Positions 12,564 to 26,739 of a DNA stretch of 64,000 bases are shown piece after piece. Positions within the stretch are counted from its first letter, which is position 1; every line of letters starts with the position of its first letter. The stretch comes from Octopus sinensis. Lineage: Eukaryota. The position numbers were made by a program, and so were the translations under genes. The notes beneath the pieces are model-generated. The model did no database searches. It saw only the letters and a list, made by a program, of their open reading frames with translations, and was not told where the DNA came from. The stretch spans positions 108,810,001-108,874,000 of the forward strand of contig NC_042997.1 of NCBI RefSeq assembly GCF_006345805.1, read 5' to 3'.

Positions 12564-12700
12564 AGTGCTTTTGTGTTTATCCCCCACCTCACCGCTTGAA
12601 ACCAGTTTCGTTTCTTTTACTTCTTCGTAACTTAGCAATTCGGCAAAAGGGTAGGAAGGAATAAGTACCAGACTTAGAAAATAAATGTAGTGCCGGGGAC
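12277..12700 (+). mobile_element. SINE family A copy (diverged)
   Basis: Head, (TA)(TG)n centre and cgtaacttagcaattcggcaaaag..gaataagtacc domain. Confidence 0.75.
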
Positions 12701-14244
12701 GAAAGTAGTAAAAGATAAAAGACACAATACCACTGGGACCAGCTTAATTCTGTCCTAAAATCTCAATCCATTCTCGAAGACAGATCTGTGGTACCTTGCG
12801 TGTTTCAGGAAATCGCTGTCTGTGAATAGCAACTGGCATGAATTGATTCCAGCTCACAACGAAGCAAGTCTTTATTTCTGCTTGGAGTCAGTTTCATTCA
12901 CTTCCGCTTTTTCTGCCCCCCCACCTCTTCTGTCTTTTACATTTATCAGAAAGGCATGGACATCACACATTTATCTTATCATAGAAATTATGAAGACTTT
13001 AGCAAGAAATCAATATTTCAAATCGTGTTTGACAGTCGGTCTTTCACAATAGTAATTTGTGAAGAAGAAAATTCCATCGCTAATATATTCCGGTCAGTTG
13101 TTAGACTAATTTCTACTAATCGTTGGACTTTCACTTTCTTAACATTCATTATCTCTGGCCCAAGGCTTATCGTCTGTTCTTCCATTACTTAACCGCTAAA
13201 GACGCTGCTTTTGATGATTTCATTTGTATCAATTCTACTTAATACTTCACTGCAGCCCACACCACAACCAAGCTGGCTATCGGTCATAATAATCAGTCGT
13301 CTATCAACATTAAGAGCTGAGGCTCAACAAACTATTCATAAAATATTTAATCAAAGTCCTGTAGATACGGCGACTAAATTAAGATATTATCGCTTCATAT
13401 ATCCTACCACAGAGAGATAAGTTGACATCACTCTGTCATTGATAGAGAGTAGAGTTAAGTATAACGTCACATGTTTCAACGTTCGTCTCGCTCCGATATA
13501 TATTCTTTGAAGAGATTTTCTTTCAGAAAAACGAAACAAAAGCAAACCAGAAAACAGAATCGTATCTTTCAATGTTGTACATACATTAAGAATGATACAC
13601 TGATAACGTTTAAAATTTAATGCTGTTTGAATTGCTTACGCCAAGTATTTAAAACTCGGCGGTTTTTAACAATACCAGTGAATGCATTGTTCGTTGTAGC
13701 CTATCTATCCTATCTATCTGTCTGTCTGCCTGTCTGTTTGTGTGTCTCTGTATGTGTCTGTCTGTGTGTGTCTATCTATCTAATCGGAAGGCTGTCTAGT
13801 CTTCCGTGGCTTTCTTTCCTCAGCCAAGTTCCAGATGTCACGACCATTGCGGGCAGTTACACCTGAGATACTTCGATCTGACTGCCCCCAAAAAGTCCAA
13901 GCTAAGAGCATTAGACCCCTTTGTAAAAGAAAGCTAGAGAATGTGTACGACAACAAAGACAAAAAACAACAACAAAAAACCGGAGAACATGGTACACAAT
14001 TACGATTACAAACAAGAAATAGCAACAGGTGTCTTTCGACTGAGAACGAATCAAATTGAGCTGGCGAGTATGAAGTGAAAGTCTAAAGGCAGGAACATAG
14101 GAGATGGACAGAAGAGGTGTCGGCAGTCAGGCCAAGAAAGAAAGATCATGGCTGGCCGGACACCGGTCACGTGGAAGGAGAGATGAGTAGGAGGCAGCGG
14201 GATATATATATATATATATAGTAAACATACACATACATGTATAC

Positions 14245-14590
14245 TTTTTCATTACTAGTTTCAGCTCGAGAGCTGCAACCACGCTGGGGAACCAGCGTTA
14301 GTTTTGCTATATTTACGCTAAATCTCCTGTGATATGCGGTGTTTGGTGAGTTTGATGTTGCTGCCCTCATCTGTGTTTCTTGCCGCGAAGTAGGTTCCTC
14401 CGGAACTCTTGACAAGGGGAGATTCAGTTTCATTTTGAAGACGCTTACGTCCAACCCATGTAGATCTCTCAAACTTTGTGGAAGGATAATGAAGAGCTGT
14501 GGGTCTATGAAAGCCGAGCTGTCGCACAACCTGGTCCTGTATCGTAATAGTAATGTTGGAATATATGATACTATGCAGTGGCACCCCGTT
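14245..14590 (-). mobile_element. CR1/L2-group LINE 3' end
   Basis: Translates RYRTRLCDSSAFIDPQLFIILPQSLRDLHGLDVSVFKMKLNLPLSRVPEEP, resembling the GPxLFNxLP..FKxKLD..L..VPDEP C-terminus, followed by a tail. Confidence 0.75.
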
Positions 14591-14663
14591 GTGTGTGTGT
14601 GTGTGTAAAAGTAAGATCCAAGGATCAGGGTGTAGGAAGTTAGTGAGCTTCATGCTGTCCATA

Positions 14664-15119
<456 letters not shown>

Positions 15120-15591
15120 GGGGAACAATAGTGGTTTACTAGCGCAGAAGGTTGTGAATTTTTCCCGTATTCAAGTACGATCAGCTGAAAAAAAGTTGAT
15201 TTTATAGTTGACGGTTATCAACTGGGGTTGTTGTACATGTGAATAAACATTTAAAAATTAGTGGAAATTCAAAAGCAGTAAATTATCCAGACGAGGGGGT
15301 AGACCACAAGCTACCCTTGAAGCCAAGGACACCCTGATTAAATGAAGTTTACATTGTCGCCAGGGGACCCCTTGATTTCGATCGAATCCCCTGCGAGTTA
15401 ACACGGAATCACCTAACGGCAATGTAAATTTCATTTAATGAAGGGATCCTTGGCCTGAAGAGGAGATTGCGGTCGCCGGACCCCCCCCCCCACCTCGTTT
15501 GGATAATTACTACTTCCGCAGTTCCACTAGCTATGAAACATATCTAGCCTGGATTTTATCTACTCCATTCCCTAATTTTTGGACACACACA

Positions 15592-15711
15592 CTTCTTCTT
15601 CTTCTTCTTGTTTTTCTTCTTGTTTTTCTTCTTCTTCTTCTTTTTCTTCTTCTTCTTCTTCTTCTTCTTCTTCTTCTTCTTCTTCTTCTTCTTCTTCTTC
15701 TTCTTCTTCTT

Positions 15712-15741
<30 letters not shown>
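15592..15741. repeat. (CTT)n microsatellite
   Basis: Direct reading. Followed by a 77-bp segment duplicated at 19086-19162. Confidence 0.95.
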
Positions 15742-15744
<3 letters not shown>

Positions 15745-16340
15745 ATTTTCATATTTATTTGAAAGACAGTTTGCTTACTGGGTAGGTCTGTTGTCTGATG
15801 GAATTTCAACACATTTCACCTGATCAAATAGAATCATAGTATCTTAATAGCAAAGACACCAAAGTAGAGTCGACGACAGCATACCTGGGTATCAACAGCG
15901 TGTACGGATGTTCACGTACTTACTAAAGCATAAATGGATTTCTTCCTTCCAGTTTCGCATACAGCCACAACTACACACCAAATACACTCAACACATACGT
16001 AAAACCACGCACGAGTATACACTGGCGTGTGGTCCACGGTCCATTGTAGGCTCAAGATCTAACGCTAGTGAGATTCCCAGAACAGTTACATCTAATGCTC
16101 GGGATTTTCCGGCACCATACGATATATTATTATTCTTTTTACAGCCACCGCCCATTCGGTGTCGCGTGTGTCTATTACGCGTTTCATACTTGAATCCTAT
16201 ATAAAATATAGTCGTCCACTTCAACAATATTGGTGTCTACTTCTTTCGTTGCCAAACACGTGGATTGTCAATACGTACGTACGTACACACTTGCGCGCAC
16301 GCGCATACACACATGTAAACACATGTATATACATGTGTGT

Positions 16341-16489
<149 letters not shown>

Positions 16490-16494
16490 ATTTA

Positions 16495-16705
16495 TGTAGG
16501 AGAGTTCACGAAAAAACAAAAACGAAGACAGATGGTGTACAAAACAAACAGATGTATTAGTATAGCGCTCAGGAATTGAAAAAGTATTTTACGTTTCGAG
16601 CCTACGCTCTTCTATAGAAAGGGACACAGAAAAAAAGAACAAGGAGAGAAACAAGGAGAGCAAAAAAGGAAACAAAAAATGTGTGTAGTAGCTACCGATC
16701 TATGC
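16495..16705 (-). mobile_element. Short repeat P1 copy
   Basis: Colinear with 10484-10700 and adjacent to (TA)n. Confidence 0.65.
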
Positions 16706-17264
16706 ATGTATACGTATGTGTGTGTTAGAAGTAGAATGTTCTTAAATGTTACATGCGTTTTGATTTACTAATCAAAACAACATCCTTAGTAGGATTCGAA
16801 ACGTTATCCTCTTCTTAACATCAAATTGTAGAAGAAAACCAATGTGCTGTTTTTATACACGACACGAATGCCCTGTTTCATTTCACGTAGTACGCTTCTG
16901 ATATTGCAAGCAGGAATATTCAACCAATATTCTTGATTCCAAGCAAAGGTATCTCCTTCATGCTTTATCGCTTCATTACCAACGAGGACATGCCATTGTC
17001 GTGCAAGAATCCTTAACATTTCGTTCAATGCAAGCTACCTTCGCAAAGAAGATGTATCAAAGACTTATGATTTCAACCAAAACAAATTCAGCAACGAATT
17101 CTTCAGAAGATAACCAAAGAAATATGGTAAGTTCTTATTAGAATGCATCATCAACTACATATAGTTTACATTCACACATTCACACACATTCGTATAATAT
17201 ACAGACAGCAATACATATAGTGAGTTTTGTATACTTATATATATAATATATATATATATAATAT

Positions 17265-17313
<49 letters not shown>

Positions 17314-17617
17314 ATATATATATTTGTGTGTGTGTCAGAGTGTAAACGAGGAATGTGTGCGCATGTAGGTTTTGTATATAGATATGTATGGTTTTATGTA
17401 TGCATGTATTTATAGATTAATATACACACACTCATATATATATATATATGGTGTGTGTGTACATCTGCATAAATAATATTGATAATAACAGCAACAACGA
17501 CAATAATAATATCAATCCATACGGCTTTTCCGTTTCACTTGCATACGATAACAATAACTTGTAATGAATAACACGTAAACATATCGCATTCATATATATA
17601 TATATATATTATAGATA

Positions 17618-17649
<32 letters not shown>

Positions 17650-17770
17650 TATATATATATCCATGTATAATATATAAACACGTATGTATATGAATATGTA
17701 TGTTTATATCTATACATACATATATATATATATACACATATCATATATATATATATATAATATATATATA

Positions 17771-17858
<88 letters not shown>

Positions 17859-18105
17859 TTATGCAAACATACATACGTGTATACGTAATATATGGGTATA
17901 TGAGAATAAATATATTGGATATATTTTTGTAAATCTTTTTGCAAATCTTTTTATTTTAAGCTTATACATTTTGTATTTATGCATGTATACGTATGTATGC
18001 ATGTATCATGCAAGCATATAGGTATGTAGCATGTACGTATGTAAACACATATATATGCATATATATGACTGTAAAATGCTTAGTCGAAAGCTTTGCATAT
18101 ATTTG

Positions 18106-18139
<34 letters not shown>

Positions 18140-18421
18140 ATTATAAATATATACACGTAATTTTTATGTGATGGAAAAAATTAAATATGAACATGATACG
18201 AGTAGATTTCTTGCATTGTTGTTGAATTTTTATACGAGTAAGATTTTTTTTTTTGTATGTGTGAGTGTATGTACATGTGCATGTGTGTGTGCGCATGCGT
18301 GTGTTAATGAATCTCTCTCTACTTACTGGCCGACCGAGTATAAAATTTTTATTATTACTATACTGCTTTGCCAAGTGCTTCAACTAAAGATTTCATTTAT
18401 TATCTGCTTATTCATTCCTCA

Positions 18422-18502
<81 letters not shown>

Positions 18503-18894
18503 TTTATTGTTGTTGTTTTTGATGCTTCTATAGTTGTTGTTATGAAGAATTGTTTCCAGTAAACTCCAAAAGCAATTCAAGACAACGAGTCCGATTTGAA
18601 AAACTTAAAAATAAAGGGGGGAAAAACAAACAAACAAAAACAAAAACGAGTGAACAGAAAAATATATTGAACAAAAGCCAAAAAAAAAGAAAATTAATAA
18701 ATATAAGATAGAAAAGACAAAGAAAAACTTGAACATGTCAAAAATCTGTCCCCAGAAGATGTTTACATACACACACACAATTGCCATTTTTATCCAATAA
18801 AAGTGTTTGTTATCCGACACTACAATGTGTCATTTCATCATCATTATCATCACCAACATCATCGTTGTTGTTCTTCGTTTTCTCAAAATACCCC

Positions 18895-19082
18895 CATTCT
18901 TCTTCTCTTCTTCTTCTTCTTCTTCTTCTTCTTCTTCTTCTTTCTTCTTCTTCTTCTTCTTCTTCTTCCTGTTCTTCTTCTCTTCTTCTTCTTTTCTTCT
19001 TCTTCTTCTTCTTCTTCTTCTTCTTTCTTCTTCTCTCTTCTTCTTCTTCTTCTTCTTTCTTCTTGCTTCTTCTTCTTCTTCT
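18895..19082. repeat. (CTT)n microsatellite
   Basis: Direct reading. Confidence 0.95.
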
Positions 19083-19645
19083 TTATATTTTCGTATTTAT
19101 TTGAAAGACAGTTTGCTTACTGGGTAGGTCTGTTGTCTGATGGAATTTCAACACATTTCACCATTTAATGGTCATTATTTTTCATTAAGAAAAGTAGCCC
19201 TGACACTTTCTTTTAAAATGCTTTTCGCCCTTAAAATCTTTTACAAACAGAGCGAATTAGTAGACTTTGCACTTAGCACTTGCAGACATAATCGCAATCT
19301 GAAAATGGTTGCTGCGTCGGTCGTTGTTTGGATATTAATGTAATGTCGGTCAACGAAGCTGACAAACTACACATATAATGCAAAATTCTAAATACATCAA
19401 CGATGGCTGCTTCGACCGCACATCCGTCTCCACGCGCGCATGCACCCCCACAGCAACTACAGCCAATATATTATAATATATATATAATGATATGCATATA
19501 ATGTAAGTATATATATTAATATATATATATATATATATATATATTACTTTCTATATACGCATCTATCTATCTATCTATATGCATACATATATAATCCAAT
19601 GATTATATAAATTATATTATATTATATATATTATATATATATCTA

Positions 19646-19687
<42 letters not shown>

Positions 19688-20115
19688 GTGTATTTACGGT
19701 ACACGTATTCATGCTTATACATACGCACACGCATTCATATACTCACACTAACACATATGCCCGTATGTATGCTCGTATGTATGTGTGCATACACACACAT
19801 GTGTTGTGTGTGCGTGTGAGTGTGTGTGTGTGTGCGTGTGTCTCTGCACGCACCACACAAATATAGAAATATATGTACATGTGAAATAAGTTGATTTCCG
19901 TTGGATTTAGTCCAGAATATTCTGTTTTCGGATCCACTGAGTTGCCTGTTCTTGAACGAACGTAGAAGAGATTCAGTGTTCCGCAGTCACGGTTCGCATT
20001 ACACAATCCTTTGCCTCAATTATCCTGACGCGGTCTCTGACAAAGTATTCTGGCTTTTGAATTACAGACACAATCTAATCAATAGGCTTCTATATCACTT
20101 CCGCGTATCCAGCAT

Positions 20116-20515
20116 GCCCACAAAGGGCTAAACATAGAGGGGACAAACAAGGACAAAGGGATTAACTCAATTACATCGACCCCTGTGCGTAGCTGGTATT
20201 TATTTAATCGACCTCGAAAGGATGAAAGGCAAAGTCGACCTCGGCTGAATTTGAACTCAGAACGAGCGGCAGACGAAATACCTATTTTTTTACTACCCAC
20301 AAGGGGCTAAACACAGAGAGGACAAACAAGGACAGACAAACGGATTAAGTTGATTATATCGACCCCAGTGCGTAACTGGTAATTAATTTATCGACCCCGA
20401 AATGATGAAAGGCAAAGTCGACCTCGGTGCAATTTAAACTCAGAACGTAGCGGCAGACGAAATACCGCTAAGCATTTCGCCCGCCGTGCTAAGGTTTCTG
20501 CCAGCTCGCCGCATT
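20116..20515 (-). mobile_element. Two tandem SINE family B copies (one full length, one head-truncated)
   Basis: 20116-20283 and about 20290-20513 each match the reverse complement of 43198-43428. Confidence 0.88.
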
Positions 20516-20557
20516 ACACTCACGCAAACACGCACACACATACACACACACTCACAT

Positions 20558-20590
<33 letters not shown>

Positions 20591-20619
20591 CACACACATA
20601 CACACACATATATATTCCA

Positions 20620-20835
20620 TTATTGATGTTGGCATCAGTTTTAAAATCCACCCAAGACTTGGCCCCCGTGCTATCTGCCCACTACAAGAATCGAACTCAG
20701 AACACAACATTACATCACAACTACTTTACTTCAATCGGTCCAGCCCTCTTTAATACCATACCAAAATACGTCAAATTGGAAACAGATCCCATAAAATTCA
20801 AAGATTCACTGAACAAATTACTTTAAAAAAATCCC
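20620..20835 (+). mobile_element. CR1/L2-group LINE 3' coding fragment
   Basis: TLHHNYFTSIGPALFNTIPKYVKLETDPIKFKDSLNKLL*KIPD. Confidence 0.65.
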
Positions 20836-21194
20836 GGACACACACACACACCACACACACACACACACAAACGCGTTAAACAAAATGAGTCAATGAAGCT
20901 AAGGCAGTGTGAAATGTCTACAGCTGGTTCAAGGAAATGAGGGATAACCCTTCAACAGACTAATGAGAGAATTAAATAGAAGGAAATAGTAGAGTTCAAT
21001 ATAAGAAGTTATTTTGGAAAGGGAGAGATGTAGGAAGTATAAAGGGAAATAAAGGAAATAAGAGAATAAAAATAAATGTTGGATTAAATGAGCAAATGGT
21101 ATTGGTCAAAAGGAATAGAGGAGGAAAGAAAGAAGAGAGTGAAATATATGAGTGTATGTAGTTCAATGTATGTAGTTCATATGCGTGTATGTAG

Positions 21195-21330
21195 TACAAA
21201 AATAACGAAATAAACGTAGAATTAGGCGAGGGAATAAAAACAAGAAGTATTAGTTTGACGCTCAGGAAAGATGGAAGAGTCTGACGTTTCGAGCCTATGC
21301 TTTTCTACAGAAAAGCACAGATACTAACTT
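21195..21330 (-). mobile_element. Short repeat P1-related copy
   Basis: ctgtagaaaagcataggctcgaaacgtcagac plus cctgagcgtcaaactaatac, matching P1. Confidence 0.55.
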
Positions 21331-22462
21331 TTGTGACACACAATGAGGAAAGGAACGTTACACTTTTAGTGAGATACAAAGAGCCACAGAAACAAAAAGA
21401 GGAAGAGGAGAAGAAAATAAATGACAGAGTAATAAATATTTTTCTCTTGAAAATTTGAAATTTCATTTTATCATTTTGTAAAAACACAAAAAAATTTGAA
21501 TTTGATAAAAGTTAGATGATAATTATTGTATGTGTACCAGATTTTCAGATATTACCCATGGTGGCAAAAACATAATTGCACATCATAAGACGGGTAACAG
21601 ACTAATATATAAATAAGAAGAGAATATTTTGTGTATTTGTTCGTTTAAACAGTTGGGAGTGAAATATAGAGAAGACTGTATCAATGAAAGATTATCTGTA
21701 CACACAACTGTAAATCAATAATCCTATATTTAGTCACACAACGGAACAGACGAAGCAGTGTTGGCATATTTACATTAATCTATGCAAAAATCATCAATAA
21801 ATTGTTAATCCTTGCTAAAACTGTGAGATTGTATGTGATTGTCAAATCTCCGATTCTTATCAATGTCTTTTTGTGACTGTCAAATATTAGAAGTGTTTAT
21901 AAATATTTAGAAAAGCTTAAAATATTGCCAAAATGATACTTTTCAAACTTTTTCAGATGATACAATAAGATTTGAAAGCTGTCTGGAGTTCAGTCGTGTA
22001 CTAAGATTAAAATAGAAATAATTTTAACGTTTGCTCTTTTTATATATTTTATTTCATTCGAAGAATTGCGGCCACGTAACCACATCCTCTTCAAGGGCAT
22101 TTTAATTTTATTAGTCTGACCTCAGTGTTTGGCCTAGATTACATTCCATCGTCTTCGGAAGCAGGAAAAGGAAAGTAGACTAACGTAGGATCTAAACTCA
22201 CATTGTAAAGGGACGTAATCACATGCCCAACTCAAAAGGACATAATAATTGTTTGCGCCTCCGCCATACACGCGTAATTCAATTAACTGCAACTTTATAT
22301 TTTAATTCTTTCATGCTTTACAGATTCAGTGGTGAAAGCTGTAAAGTAAGAGGTGAGCTCTCTGTAAATCAAGCTCACTATCTGAAATATTTAAGTCAAT
22401 TCTTTCTTCCCGTCTCTCTCCCTATCTTCCCCTCTCACTCTGTCTGTCTTCCTTTCTCTCTC

Positions 22463-22532
<70 letters not shown>

Positions 22533-22803
22533 GCGTGTTTCCACTGCTATTCTCCCTGTCATTGCGTCATCGATTCTCTGTAAAGTTTTACTTCTCGATC
22601 CAGGCTTTAAGAATGAGTTATTCTGGTGTCTACAGCATAATAACACCTCACATCGTCTCATAGACTTGTATTTTTGCTTCATAAAATATGTTATCTTGTT
22701 TTGCAATACACAGGAGCATATTCAGAACCATTTAGGTGACGGGTGGCACTGCCCCTGACAGTATCACCCATTTATATCTATGTTATTGTTCCTTAAGTAT
22801 TAA

Positions 22804-23195
22804 TCTCTCTATATATAAAGCTGAAGTTGTCTGTGTATAATAGGTTTGGTAGCCTTCAACTAACACTATCTCCTCCGAGACCCTGCAACGCAAGTTGACC
22901 AAAATTGAGAGTATGATAGAAGAAGGCTTGCTCTCCCTTCCGAAGAAGAAAAAATTCAAATCAGATCATGTTAACACTAAAAATAATTTACATCAAAAAG
23001 GTGCTTTTTTTTCTGTGAAAATCCCTATTTTTTACGATTGTTTGACTGCTGTGTCGACATTTTCGGTGTATTTCAACAAGAAAAATGTTCACTTGAAGAG
23101 AATAACAAGCTACATAATGCAAAACTTTTACTTTTCAAAAATTCCAATTCTAAAGGGTCGAAAAATACCCGAGCAACGCCGCGCGATACTGCTAG
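22804..23195 (+). mobile_element. Complete short non-autonomous Helitron-like element (392 bp)
   Basis: A|TCTCTCTATATATAAAG ... ccgagcaacgccgcgcgatactgCTAG|T. 5' TC, 3' CTAG, inserted between A and T with no target-site duplication. Confidence 0.75.
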
Positions 23196-23289
23196 TATTT
23201 TAATATCGGTATTGCGTTTCTTCTATAAAGAACGAAATTACGTGTTGTATGTGTGTATGTGTGTGCACGTACAAGTGTGTATGTGTGAA

Positions 23290-23950
23290 TGGGGCTCTGA
23301 CCATTCCGCTCGTTGCTATGATGCAGTGTTCGTCAGTGTTCCTCTCGCAGTCCAAGATATATATTGTTCATAGATTGGGAAGTAGGTGTTTGCTTTGATA
23401 TACAGATACATCCAATTTTCGAATTGTTTCCGCTGAGTAACGCCTGTATTTCCGGTCGGTTGGGAAGAGATTGCACAGTTAGTTGTTGGAAGTGTTCTGT
23501 TACAATTACTTTTACGTGTAGGGTGAATGACGTATTAAACCACGTGATATTTCAATCTCAAATTTCTAATCTTTTATAGCCTGTGGTTCGTTTGCATTGA
23601 TTTCGGTCCGTATTCTTCTTCTTTGAGTTTGATCGCTTCTGGGCTTCAGCGAAGAATAATGCAGTTTGGTTGGATATTTTTTGTTGGGTAATATTGGGAA
23701 GACACTCTGGCAAATGTTGACTAGTTTCTTTGTTTGTAGGAGTTGGAGCCTAGAGAAACAAGATGATTGCTTCATTTTGTCAGATGAGAACCGTCGCACG
23801 TTCAGCCTGATTATTCAGATTAACTCTATCCATACATGTTGCCACGATACATCGTCAGAGGACTTCATAAAATCAAGAAGGGAAATAATTGTGTGTCATC
23901 TTTACGTCACTAGATTTAAGTGACAAAAGCTTGAACAAAACTTTTGTCTT
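23290..23950 (-). pseudogene. Possible highly decayed Penelope-like element (linker plus GIY-YIG region)
   Basis: NITWFN at 23534-23551 (compare Penelope RxITWFNPP) and VYQ...TIYI at 23356-23403 (GIY-YIG-like spacing). Many stops and frameshifts. Confidence 0.35.
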
Positions 23951-24269
23951 TCTCTCGGTCGTCACATTTGGTTCCAATGACAAAACAGCAAGATGACTGG
24001 AACTAGTTAGATTGTAAGTCTTATGTCTTTCTAGAAGCCTTCCACACGGCTGTTTCAGAAATATCGAAAACCTCTACCACCACTGGGAGATCTGTTTAAA
24101 CAACGGACGGGAGCCTGATAGGTACTACTATTCCGAGTCAGAACGAACCCAAGAGTTGTGCTAATTAAGGGATAACTCCACGCTATCCACAACTCCAGAA
24201 CTGCCGAATTGGAGCCTCACCACTGGATGCAGTTGAGTGCCATACCCGGAACATACATACATTCATCCT

Positions 24270-24910
24270 GTATAAAGAGATCCGTCGGAAGGCTAGCCCC
24301 GAAGTCAAAGAAATAAGAACCCACGATGTAGTAGAGGCCATAGCCAATCATATTAATAAGGATTAGTGGTGGAACGGACCGGGGAAAACCTCAATAAAAT
24401 GTAAACATAACAAACCTGACGGAGTGAATTGGGATAGAGAACAAAAACTGTGTCCAGTTGTGGAAATCAGCTACACTGCGCATGTTTACATAAAGCTAAA
24501 GATCAACGAAAAAGAAAATAGCTATTGATGCTACTCTATGCAGATTACAAGTTCATGTTTATACCTGTAATTATTGCGGCACTGGGATATGTAAGACACT
24601 CGAGAAATTAGGCTTCTCAAAACTAGAAAAGAGAAAGCTGATTCGAAGACTACAGATATAAGCCGTCACTAGAACTGTAAAGATTTATAAAACTTTCCAG
24701 AAGTTTATCATTTAAGTAAATATGAGCATGTCTAGATATGCAACTATATGCATAGGAATACATACATAAAGCAAAACATGCAAATACTGCACTTGTACAC
24801 ATATACACGCAAAAATACCCTGTTGATGTTGGTGAAATTTCAATGAACGAGCCTTGGACCTATGTTAGAAACCGGCTCTCTCTATTGGCAAGATATCTTG
24901 AAATATAACT
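24270..24910 (+). mobile_element. R4-clade non-LTR retrotransposon 3' end (restriction-like endonuclease, decayed)
   Basis: WW...SIKCKHNKPDGVNWDREQKLCPVVEIS, FMFIPVIIAALGYV, LEKLGFS..TVKIYKTFQKF and a 3' UTR. Homologous to 38036-38915. Confidence 0.8.
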
Positions 24911-24930
24911 GAATAATGAGTTACGTACGA

Positions 24931-24961
<31 letters not shown>

Positions 24962-25025
24962 CTTAAACATATGCATAGATACATACATACATACATACAT
25001 ACATACCTATCTATCTATCTATCTA

Positions 25026-25064
<39 letters not shown>

Positions 25065-25075
25065 CTATCTATCTA

Positions 25076-25153
<78 letters not shown>

Positions 25154-25244
25154 CTTAAAATCTTTAACTGCTCTTTCTAGCGAGTCAGATATCCTATTCT
25201 CCGCTATCTCTTTTGCGTTTAAACGTACACTGTTATTATTTATC

Positions 25245-25279
<35 letters not shown>

Positions 25280-25970
25280 AAGCAGGGCTTGATCCGGAAA
25301 ATGTTTATGCAATTAAGCCGAATGCAATGACACAATGGACAAGTAGAAGCAAAACAACAACAAAACTGACCAAAGGAACTCGATAGCCAGAAGTAAAAGA
25401 AAAAAAAATAGGCCTCAAAGGTGTCGCTGAACTGGTAAAAATAGCAGTAAATCTCCCTTGAAACATATTCAAGCTTATCATTTGTAAAAGAATAGATATT
25501 TGATTCTGCAATGTTCAATATTTTGTTTGAACGAATAGAAGAAAGTGTTTTTGGCGATGTGTTGGATATAAAGGTTGGAACCGAGATTAAACAACAGCAA
25601 CGACAACTACAACAACAACAACGATAAAGACAACAACAGCAATTGCAGCTGCAACGAGAGTGACAACAGCAAGAACAAGAGCAAGAAGAACAACAGCTTC
25701 AACAACGACGGCAAATAGCAATAACACCGGCAACAAGAACAACAATAATAACAAAAAGCAATACCAACAAAGTGCAATCTACACATGTTAGACTTCAATA
25801 TTTTAAACAAAATGTCATGCATTATAATCTGATGAGCAGGAAATGGTTTTTCTCATAAATTTATAATTGTTTTAAATTTTAAATCGTAATTTTATAACCC
25901 GTTTACAACCCAAGAGAAAACGTCTTTTTTTGTTATTGTTGTTATTGATGTCAGATGTCGCCTTGTGTAT

Positions 25971-26001
<31 letters not shown>

Positions 26002-26269
26002 TATATATATATATTTATATATATATATATATGTATATACATATGTATATATATATGTATATATATATGTATATATATGTATATATATATATATATGTAT
26101 ATATATGTATATATATACATGTGGTGTGTGTATGTGTATATGTATTCCTTGCTACCTTTTCTATATCTGTATGCCTCACTCTGTGTGTATGTGTGGTTGT
26201 GTCTGTACATGCGTGTATATATTCCTAGCTGCGTTTTTCTATCTGAATGTGTTACTCTGCGTGTGTGTG

Positions 26270-26300
<31 letters not shown>

Positions 26301-26739
26301 AAGCTTGTATGGGCATGCGAGTGCGTGCATATATACCTGCCTACTTCTCAATATCCGAATGTCTCACTGCAGCTATCTGTGTGTAGTATAGGTGTGTCCT
26401 CGTGCGTGTGTTGTTTTGTTGAGATCGATGTTATTTACAAATCAATGTTGTTTACAACAGATTAGGTTCAACCCATCGCTTAACTGTTTAGCCTATGATA
26501 TTTAACATTCCAAGACAATTGTATTGGACAGTTTTTTTCCCATTGTGTCATTACTAATGAATGAAACATGACAAAAATATTTCGAAAGAAATTGCCAAGA
26601 AAATATTGATTTAATGGATAAACGACTGAAATAATGTCTTTTTTTTATTTTGCACAAATTTATTCGAAGTTAATAAACTACAGTAGGCACTGAGTTAAAA
26701 CCCCAACGGGAACGCGCTAGAAGTATTTGTCTTATGGTT

